64,000 nucleotides of DNA from a virus. Taxonomy: Duplodnaviria > Caudoviricetes. Position 1 is the stretch's first letter. Every line of letters starts with the position of its first letter. The notes beneath the pieces are model-generated. The model was not told where the DNA came from, did not search any database, and was given only the letters and a program-made list of their open reading frames with translations. The stretch is from positions 1 through 64,000 of IMG/VR virus record IMGVR_UViG_3300021254_001514. One strand, written 5' to 3'. Positions 20,253 through 28,800 of the stretch are shown piece by piece. The position numbers were made by a program, and so were the translations under genes.

Positions 20253-20433
20253 AAGCGCGGATAAGGAACTTGTAAAAGAAGTAAGAAAACAGTTAAAAGA
20301 AAATAACGGATATTGCCCTTGCGCGCTTATAAAAGATGAAAATACAAAATGTATGTGTGCAGATTTTAGAGAAAAAATTAAAAATCAAATCCCTGGGGAA
20401 TGTATATGCGGTTTATTTGAGGTGATAGTATGA
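20239..20433 (+). CDS. Ferredoxin:thioredoxin reductase catalytic-subunit-like protein
   Basis: GYCPC...CMCADF...GECICGLF; AAGGAG RBS before ATG 20239. Confidence 0.75.
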   Translation: MKVCESADKELVKEVRKQLKENNGYCPCALIKDENTKCMCADFREKIKNQIPGECICGLFEVIV

Positions 20434-21029
20434 GTGTTGTTAAAATAGATGATTGCGGGCCAGTTAGTAACTGTATGGTATATGGATTAACTGAAAGTAT
20501 TAAAAGAGCTAAATATCCTATGGCAGAAGATGTAAAAAAAGTGAATGATTCGCTAACTAATGGAATACGTTCTCTTGGAAAAAGTGTTCGTGGAGAAGGA
20601 CATGACCAGTGGTTAACTGGTATTATTGTTCAATTTGATCTAACCTTTTCCAATAAAGCTTGGGTAGAAATGGAAAGATACCATTTTATAGATTTCGTAA
20701 GCTCTCAAAGCACTATGCATAAGATTACTTCTTTTGATTTAGATTATGCTTATAATAGTTATGTAGATAGAAGAATAGTAGAAATTATAAAAGAAAAAGT
20801 TGAAGAATATAACAATATACCGGACAATTCACCTGAAAAACGAAAAGATAAATATTTAGAAATTTTGTATAGTAACCCCGCTGGTTTTAGACTAACCGCT
20901 GGTATAACAACCAATTATCGTCAGTTAAAAACAATTTACAAACAAAGAAAAAACCATCGCTTACCAGAGTGGCGAGCCTTTTGTAGGTGGATAGAAACTT
21001 TACCATATAGCGAATTTTTAACGGTTTAA
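20430..21029 (+). CDS. Divergent ThyX-like (flavin-dependent thymidylate synthase fold) protein
   Basis: GHDQWL..IIVQFD, ERYHFIDFVSSQST, TNYRQL, QRKNHRLPEWR. The RHRxxS motif is degenerate. Confidence 0.6.
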   Translation: MSVVKIDDCGPVSNCMVYGLTESIKRAKYPMAEDVKKVNDSLTNGIRSLGKSVRGEGHDQWLTGIIVQFDLTFSNKAWVEMERYHFIDFVSSQSTMHKITSFDLDYAYNSYVDRRIVEIIKEKVEEYNNIPDNSPEKRKDKYLEILYSNPAGFRLTAGITTNYRQLKTIYKQRKNHRLPEWRAFCRWIETLPYSEFLTV

Positions 21030-21032
21030 AAT

Positions 21033-21061
21033 TTGATTTTTTGTCCATTATTTGGTATAAT
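21033..21061 (+). promoter_or_regulatory. Sigma-A-like promoter
   Basis: TTGATT-17-TATAAT. Confidence 0.7.
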
Positions 21062-21093
21062 AATTATATAAGGAATTAAAAGGAGATAAAAGA

Positions 21094-21312
21094 ATGATTT
21101 TTGAAGAAACAGTCAAAATTAGTGCCAATGACGAATCTAAAGCTAAGAATATAATCGAAGAATACCGTGAAAGAGCCAAGTCTGATGGATCTATTATTAA
21201 AAAGGCTGGCTATGAATATAAAACCAAGAAATCAAAAGGTGAAATTATCGCAGAGGTTTGGGTCGTAACAATTACTCAGGTATTCGGCGATGTTTGGGAG
21301 GGTCTAATTTAA
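21094..21312 (+). CDS. Hypothetical protein
   Basis: AAGGAG RBS; the stop overlaps the next ATG (TAATG). Confidence 0.75.
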   Translation: MIFEETVKISANDESKAKNIIEEYRERAKSDGSIIKKAGYEYKTKKSKGEIIAEVWVVTITQVFGDVWEGLI

Positions 21313-22202
21313 TGGAAGAAAAAATCAGTACAGAAAAGATAAATGAGCTAGTAGAATCTCTTGAATCAGTTGTTAATCAAGACGATAGTGTTAAGGCTCT
21401 AGTTGAGCTACTCGCTATGCCAGATGAAGAGTTTGAACTACTCGCGCCAGGTGTTTTACAATCTTACCAGCAGCAACTCAATAATCCAAATGATAGAATC
21501 CTTCTTGCTCAATCACTCAATGCTACTGGACAGAAAAGTGAAGATCTTATTGAAGTATTTAATGAGTTATCTAAGGCTATTGATTTAACTGATTTTACTA
21601 AAGTGAAGAGAGATTTCTTAAAGGAATTTTTTGGTTCTCTTGTTAACACTATTAATGAAACAGAGGGCATAGCAAAGCGTTACGTAACAGTACCGGTTCA
21701 GCTTTGTCATCCAGATGCAAAAATTCCTCAGTATGCTCATATCTCCGACAGCGGAATGGATGTGTATGCAATAGAAGATATTACTATCCATCCTGGAGAA
21801 ACTGTCTTAGTAAAAACTGGCATTAAAGTAGCTCTTCCTCCTGGATATGAACTTCAAGTTAGACCAAAAAGTGGACTTTCTTTAAAAACAAAAATGAGGG
21901 TAGCTAACACACCTGGCACAATAGACCAGGAGTATCGAGATGAAATCGGGGTTATCATTGATAATATAGACCCTCCTATTAAATCAATCGAAACAGAAGA
22001 AGTGTTTAAAGAAGATGGGACTATTGATTATCTTAAAGTAAAATCTATTGTTTATGGGTCTGATTATTATATAGAAAAAGGACAAAAAATTTGTCAACTT
22101 GTACTTTCAGAAGTACCTAAAGCGGCAGTATATACAGTATTAGATGTTAAAAATTTTGAGGGTGATAGAAATGGCGGCTTTGGAAGTACCGGAGCTTTCT
22201 AA
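21312..22202 (+). CDS. dut: Trimeric dUTPase with a long N-terminal extension
   Basis: Motifs SGMDVYA, QVRPKSG, GTIDQEYRDEIG, ICQLV and RNGGFGSTG. Confidence 0.9.
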   Translation: MEEKISTEKINELVESLESVVNQDDSVKALVELLAMPDEEFELLAPGVLQSYQQQLNNPNDRILLAQSLNATGQKSEDLIEVFNELSKAIDLTDFTKVKRDFLKEFFGSLVNTINETEGIAKRYVTVPVQLCHPDAKIPQYAHISDSGMDVYAIEDITIHPGETVLVKTGIKVALPPGYELQVRPKSGLSLKTKMRVANTPGTIDQEYRDEIGVIIDNIDPPIKSIETEEVFKEDGTIDYLKVKSIVYGSDYYIEKGQKICQLVLSEVPKAAVYTVLDVKNFEGDRNGGFGSTGAF

Positions 22203-22827
22203 AATAGATTTATCTATAATAGTTCCTTGTCATAACCTAGAAAACTACATAACTCCACTTTTGGTAAGTCTTGAATTACAAGTTTTATCCAATTATAAAG
22301 TAGAAATTATTTTTGTTTGTGATGCCTGTGAAGATGAAACAGCCGGAAAAATTAGAAGTTTTCATTTTTATAACTATGAAAGAGTCGAAATCTTAGAGTG
22401 TGAAGTATTCTCCGCTGGACTCGCGCGCAACGTAGGTAAAAGAGAAGCCAAAGGAGAATACACATGGTTTGTTGATGGTGATGACTGGCTTTTATACCCA
22501 TTTGCAATAGAATGTATCATGGAGAGGCTAATTGAAGAAGGTCGACCAAATGTACTAAAAATTGCGTATGATTGCCCTGAGTATTTCTATGCAAAGGGAA
22601 GCCCCACTATGGTGTGGCAATATATATACAAAACAGATTTTATTAAATATACCTCTTTCACAGGAATTAGTCCTCATGAGGACTCTGCATTTAACCAGAG
22701 AGTGGGAGAGCTTAATGGTGGTTTAGAGAAATTACCTTTCATTGGTAAACCATTATATTATTATAATTTTTTAAGAAAAGGGTCTACAATGCAACAATTC
22801 TTTACAAAAGGAAGAATTGACCCTTAA
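22171..22827 (+). CDS. GT2-family glycosyltransferase
   Basis: LSIIVPCHN, GLARNVG, WFVDGDD, HED. Confidence 0.85.
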   Translation: MAALEVPELSKIDLSIIVPCHNLENYITPLLVSLELQVLSNYKVEIIFVCDACEDETAGKIRSFHFYNYERVEILECEVFSAGLARNVGKREAKGEYTWFVDGDDWLLYPFAIECIMERLIEEGRPNVLKIAYDCPEYFYAKGSPTMVWQYIYKTDFIKYTSFTGISPHEDSAFNQRVGELNGGLEKLPFIGKPLYYYNFLRKGSTMQQFFTKGRIDP

Positions 22828-22838
22828 GGAAGGAGTGA

Positions 22839-23564
22839 ATGGCGCGAATAACTTTAGAGAGTATCGCGCAGGAACTCGCAAAAGAAAACTGGAAAATTTT
22901 GTCAACAGAATATACCAATCTTTCTACAGAAATGTGCTTTGAATGTAATGAGGGTCATAAGGTCTATACATCATGGGACAAATTGCGTAGAAAGCGCGAG
23001 TGTCCTGTGTGTAAACAAAATGAATTAAAAGAAAATAAACCGGTTATATTAAAAAAGAAAAAAGATAAAAATAGAATCCTTGCACTTGACCAAGCAACGC
23101 ATAATACCGGTTGGTCTGTGTTTGATGGAGAAGAACTTATAAAATACGGAGTCTTTAGAGCAGAAGAAGGTTTTGAAAATGAGGCTGAAAGACTTCATGA
23201 TATAAGAATGTGGCTATTTTCCATGATAGAAAATTGGAAGCCTGATATAGTAGCAATAGAAGGAATACAATATCAACCTACCATGGGAGTAACGACTTTT
23301 CAAACACTCGCTCGATTACAGGGCGTTCTGATAGAATTGTGCTTTGATATGAAGGTTACTTGCAAAGTTTGTCACAGTAGTACCTGGCGCGCCCACTGTG
23401 GAGTTAAGGGAAAACAAAGAAATGATAAAAAACGGTCGATGCAATTACTGGTAAAAAAATGGTTTGATATAAGCGTCACTGATGATGAATCTGATGCAAT
23501 AGGTATCGGAAAGTATGCAGCAGACGCCTTCAAAAAACAAACAGAAATTGTTAATTGGGAATAA
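22839..23564 (+). CDS. RuvC-like Holliday junction resolvase with an N-terminal Zn ribbon
   Basis: ILALDQATHNTGWSVF, VAIEG, DDESDAIGIG; N-terminal CNEGH...CPVC. Confidence 0.8.
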   Translation: MARITLESIAQELAKENWKILSTEYTNLSTEMCFECNEGHKVYTSWDKLRRKRECPVCKQNELKENKPVILKKKKDKNRILALDQATHNTGWSVFDGEELIKYGVFRAEEGFENEAERLHDIRMWLFSMIENWKPDIVAIEGIQYQPTMGVTTFQTLARLQGVLIELCFDMKVTCKVCHSSTWRAHCGVKGKQRNDKKRSMQLLVKKWFDISVTDDESDAIGIGKYAADAFKKQTEIVNWE

Positions 23565-23603
23565 AAAGAACCGCTCAGAATTAACTGAGCGGTTCTATTT
23601 TTT
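23563..23603. terminator. Bidirectional intrinsic terminator between convergent operons
   Basis: AAAA-AGAACCGCTCAG-aattaa-CTGAGCGGTTCT-ATTTTT. Confidence 0.9.
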
Positions 23604-25833
23604 ATAAAGTCTTTAAGTCTAAAACGTGACTAACTCCTGAAGCGATATAAGTAATTGTTCCATTTGGTATATCTATTACCCAATTTACATCATTATGAGT
23701 ATTTGGATCTTTCCCTCTAAGATAGATTTTTGTTACGGTATCCGCCTTATTGGAGTTTATATCTACGATTGCATCACTAGCAGGCTCTTCTGTATTTATT
23801 CCTATAGAATTTTTTCTATAAGAAATCGTTGGTTCTAAAGCAAAAACATTTAAGAAGTTTGTTGTAAATGTTTTTCTTCTAGTTGCCATAGCAGAGCTTT
23901 CAGTGACTAATTTTATAGTAAGACTTTTATCGCTCCAGTCTGTAATGTCACAATTAATTGGAGTGTCTAAAGTAGGTGTTTGTGAGGAAAGCGTTATATA
24001 TGGTGTAATTTGATTACCATCAGAGTCACAAATACAATATTTAATGGTCGTTGTACTATTGTCTGATATTCCGTAGTCAGTTACAGTACAATTATAATCA
24101 AGAGTCCAATTAGTTGGGTCTGATATTTCACAAGAATTTAATTTATAATTAGGTTTAGTATGTCGAATAGCTGGGTAAGTTTGTGGAACAACTTCAGCGA
24201 TACCACCATTCTTAACTGTAAAAGTACAGGTATAAGAATCTTGAGTAAGTTCTTTACAATAAAAACTTAAAGGAATATTAGTTCTTCGTCCTGATAAAAT
24301 GTCCCATGATGGATTATATCCTTCAGGAAAGTCTGGATAGGATGTTGTACTTACTGAAACATTTAAGGGATAAAAAGGTAAATCCGAAAAATAACCAAAA
24401 CTCAGATTATCTTCAGACCAAAAATCTATAGTAACTTTATTCTCATAAAAGATATTTCCAGCCCCTTCCCCTTCCTGTAAATAATGAGAAGAGGGATCAA
24501 AAGTTGTCCAAGGCCCTCTTAGAGATCTACTAAAATTAAATTCATGACTTATTATATTGGGAGCCTTATCAAAATTTACCTTAAAATCAACCCTTCCATT
24601 CTTATTGTTTTTATTACTGTTGTAATATAAATTATCAAAAACACTATTAAATCTAATAAAACTTCTTACAGTGTACTGTCCAGCAAAAGGATTAAACCAT
24701 TTTCTTATATGAGCATAATCACTCACAGTTGTAACACCTTGTTCTGTACGAGTGTTCCAAACAAAAATATTTTTCTTTTTAGCACTTAATGTAAGTCCAT
24801 TAACTCCATCTATACCACCTACCATAGCCTCTACAACAAAGCCAGGCACTCCCGTTGCATCCGGCCCCGAACCTGTTCTGTAAAAGCAAAAACTTACAGA
24901 TTTTAATGAAAAGTCTTGCTTAAATTGCGCCCAGCCTGTAGATATATAATCGTCTATAATACCGCCTTTAAGATTTAGATTTATAACTTGATCGTCTGAG
25001 TAGGTATCAAAAGCGTTTAGAGTATTATCTGTAAGGCCAGACAATGTTAAAGTCGTTCCAGTTAGGTCTGGTTCGCCAACCTCAGTAAAAATAGCAGATG
25101 GAGAAATCTTTGTAAAATTAGAACCTATATGACTTATCTGAACTTCAACGGTCGCGCCAGGAGGTACTGAATCACTTAGTTGAATATCTGTATAACATAG
25201 AAGCTGTTCTGTTTCTTCTATTGTATGAGTAAAGGTATTATCAATAACATAAAATGTGCTATCTTTTATGTATCCAACTCTTATTTCAACACTATCATTT
25301 GCGGAATCGTCTACATATTGAACAATTCTAATCTTATCTTTTATGTACCCAGCGGTACTTCCCGGAACATTAGAATTATCAAATTGATTATAAGTAGCTA
25401 CATTGTCTGATGCAGGAGGTAGCTCTTCAAAATAACCTGATGTAGAAGGAAAATATTTAGTATCTTTAGTTCCACCACTATTAGGAAGAAACTCGCATTT
25501 TATCCTCCACCGGATTCCTGTATTTTTTAATTTTCCACCATATAAATTAACATAAGCCTGCTCTACATCTATCTTTGGTAACTCAATTCTTTCAGTAGTA
25601 TCAATAGATGTAAGCCCTAATTTAATCGCCTTATTTGGGTGAATATGGCGTGGTTCAAGAGGATCGTCCAAGGTCTCTTCCATCTCTATAGACAACTCTA
25701 TCGTTCCTGGTTCATCTACCTGTATTCTCGGAGTCATTCCAGAAGCAAATTGCATTCTTGGCGCGGGACCTGAATATAGTCCCCACGCAATAAAAGCGTC
25801 AACTTGTGCAGCATCAAAACTTATAATTCCCAT
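23602..25833 (-). CDS. Tail-tip / tail fibre-associated structural protein
   Basis: Last gene of the tail operon; beta-rich, with a C-terminal ISYRKNSIGINT motif. Confidence 0.6.
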   Translation of the reverse strand: MGIISFDAAQVDAFIAWGLYSGPAPRMQFASGMTPRIQVDEPGTIELSIEMEETLDDPLEPRHIHPNKAIKLGLTSIDTTERIELPKIDVEQAYVNLYGGKLKNTGIRWRIKCEFLPNSGGTKDTKYFPSTSGYFEELPPASDNVATYNQFDNSNVPGSTAGYIKDKIRIVQYVDDSANDSVEIRVGYIKDSTFYVIDNTFTHTIEETEQLLCYTDIQLSDSVPPGATVEVQISHIGSNFTKISPSAIFTEVGEPDLTGTTLTLSGLTDNTLNAFDTYSDDQVINLNLKGGIIDDYISTGWAQFKQDFSLKSVSFCFYRTGSGPDATGVPGFVVEAMVGGIDGVNGLTLSAKKKNIFVWNTRTEQGVTTVSDYAHIRKWFNPFAGQYTVRSFIRFNSVFDNLYYNSNKNNKNGRVDFKVNFDKAPNIISHEFNFSRSLRGPWTTFDPSSHYLQEGEGAGNIFYENKVTIDFWSEDNLSFGYFSDLPFYPLNVSVSTTSYPDFPEGYNPSWDILSGRRTNIPLSFYCKELTQDSYTCTFTVKNGGIAEVVPQTYPAIRHTKPNYKLNSCEISDPTNWTLDYNCTVTDYGISDNSTTTIKYCICDSDGNQITPYITLSSQTPTLDTPINCDITDWSDKSLTIKLVTESSAMATRRKTFTTNFLNVFALEPTISYRKNSIGINTEEPASDAIVDINSNKADTVTKIYLRGKDPNTHNDVNWVIDIPNGTITYIASGVSHVLDLKTL

Positions 25834-25854
25834 TTATCTACCCTCCTTTGTCTC

Positions 25855-28800
25855 CTACATTATATATAAATTACATCCATTTGTAACAGGTTTATATTGC
25901 ATCTTATTCTTAATACTTAAACTTCCTTCTACATTAACTTTATCATTATTAATAGATATTTCGCTATCCGTCATAGAAATATTAGTATCTTCATCTTTAT
26001 AAAGTTTTATTTCTTCATTATTTAATTCTAGTTTTGCACCACCAGAACTATCTATTTTATCTTCATATATATGTAAAGAATCATCACCAGTTGTATATAA
26101 ATTTCCTAATTCTGCGGCGGAGCCTACGAAACTGGCTGCACCGTTATTAATTGAGATAAAACTTTCTCCATTGGCGGTAAATCCTGTCTGTCCAATAATA
26201 AATACTGGTGTCTGAGTCTGATCCTCATCATAATCAACATCATAGAAAGCAATTCCATTAGTAGTGTTAAAGAAACTTAACCCAGGCGCGCCATTTTCGC
26301 CAATTCCGTGAATCCTTGAAGCTTCAATGTCTGCACTTCGCACTGTACCTTCAAAAATTCCTTTATTAGCATACAGTGAACCATTTTTAGTAACTTGAAA
26401 AGCAGCATTTCTAATTCCTTCTTCGGTTGTTGAATTAGCGCCACCCCATATAATAATTCTGTTCCCGTCATTATCTTCACCACCAAATTTGTCAGAAATT
26501 ACCGGCGCCATTGTATTAATACCAGCGTAATTATTTCCATCAATTTGAGTAGTTAAAGAACCATTTAAAAATGCGTTTGAACTATAAAGTCCATAACCAC
26601 TAACTCCACTAATATTTAAATTACTTAGATTTCCAAGAAAAGCTTTTGTATTAAAAGTGGCTGAGACAGGTATCTGTTCAGTACCTTCTTGCGCGACTAC
26701 CTCTGAAATTGTAATTCCCTGACTCTTTAAACTTTCTATGCTATTCTCAGTCGAATTTATACCGATGACTATTTCGCCATCTTTACCAAGAGATACGATA
26801 CTGAAAACTTCTGTACTATCTATATTACTTCTAAAAATCGCATTTATATAAGGATGTCCCTCATCACTAGAGCTACTTATTGAAGTAACTTTTCCCAAAC
26901 TAACATTTCTACCATTACTATTAATTACATAGATATAATCGCCTACACTTCCACTGTATTCTTCTTCTAAATAAATAGTTCCGCTATTTTCGGTTATATC
27001 TGTCGATTCAACTTTGTAAGCAGTCTTGAAAAACATGACGCCGCCAACTACTTGTGTTTTGTCTGTTTCAAATATTACACTGGAAATTTTACCTCTAGCT
27101 TGGATATTATTAAACACTGCTAACTCAGGAGAAATACTGAACGCTTGTCCACCATTAGCTTCAATAGTAGAATCGGTTCCATTAAGAACTATATCCCCTA
27201 CAGTAATAGAAGTTTGGTTGCTCTCTGTTCCATCATCACTTTCTATTTTTATATAAGGATCAAAGTTATCTTCAGTGCCTTCTCCGGCTTTTGAGTAGAT
27301 ACCCTTCTCTCCAATAGTAAATCCACCAATACTACCTGTACTAGCAGAAATTTCTCCGCTAAAAGTACCTTCTTTAGCAACAATAGAACCATCTTCATAA
27401 ACAATAAAATTATCACTAGAGTTGATGACTTGCGCCTTGTCTTCTCCTTGCGCGATCCCTAAGTTGCCGATTTTTACATCATATACTTGTGTTTCTCCAC
27501 CAGAAGTATCTTCTCTATGTACGATATGTAACTTATCTTCAAGCCATAACTCCCCGTTATCTTTTGCCTCAAGTACAGTATTACCATCAGCGTCATTTAT
27601 AACCATACCATACTTAGTTGCTTCATTAGGGTCGTTAATCCTACCAATCTTTATTCGGTCTATAGTTTGAACTTCTCCAGACACTTCTTTATTTTGACTA
27701 ACTAAAATATCGTTATCTGTAGAAATTTCTACCTGACCCTGTCCGGTTATACTTTTTAAGAAGAATCCTTTCCAAGTAAGACCAAATCTTCCATCATCCC
27801 AAATGGCTTGTTCATTAGCTGGTACATAATTCGCGCCATCTAGCGCCTTGTTCATACCATAGACACCGTACTGATCAAATCTTACAAATTTACCAAAGTT
27901 AGCGCCACTCTCTGTATGGTTATAAGCAGTAATACCTTCTGTATCCCAGCGGAAAGTAGGATAGTTTCCATCAATTATAACTACTTCTTTAGTATCAAGC
28001 TGTCCAGAGGTTATTAAATTAGCAGAAACACCATTTCCATTAACCGCACTTGTCCATGTAGTGCCACCGTCTGTAGTAACAAAGACACCACCTGAAGTTA
28101 CTTTTGTTTTATAATTTGGATTCTGTGAATTTGATACAGTAATTCCGGTAGAGTCATTTTTTACAAGTTCGTTCTTTGCGCTATATACTAAGTTTTGATT
28201 CGCTTGAAGAGAGGCTTCTAATGTAGATGCTTGGATAGTTCCTTGAGTTGTCACTACATTTGCGGCCCGCGCATATTGTCCGGAAGCAAATTGTAAAGCC
28301 TGCGTCTGCGCGGTAATTCTTTGGAATAATTCTTCAAACTGAGTCTTATAATTCTGAATTTTAAATGAATCTTTTTCAGGTTCATCAAAATTGTAAGTAA
28401 CTTCAGAAATTAAAACCTTTTCCTTATAAGGAGTTTTAATACCATTTATGTAGACATATCCAAAGAAATCAGTATCTATAATAGATCCTATATCACCTAA
28501 ATTAAATACCTTACTCTTAAATTCCTCAAGAGCGTCTAATTTTAAAACAGATATGTTATAACTAACCTGAGGACGAGAAGAAGTATAAGCAACACTCAAA
28601 GCATCTAAATAATATAAATTATCATCTTCATAGTCATCACTATACCAAGTTCCTTCTTGAATAAAGCGAGAATACTTATTAAAAAACTTTTCATTTAAAG
28701 CCTTAATTTGGTCACTATAACCTTCTTGTTCTTCTTCTTTTTCTTCTATATCTTCGTTAAGCTTGTTGTATGCAGAAGTTAATTTAGTAATTTGGTCGTT

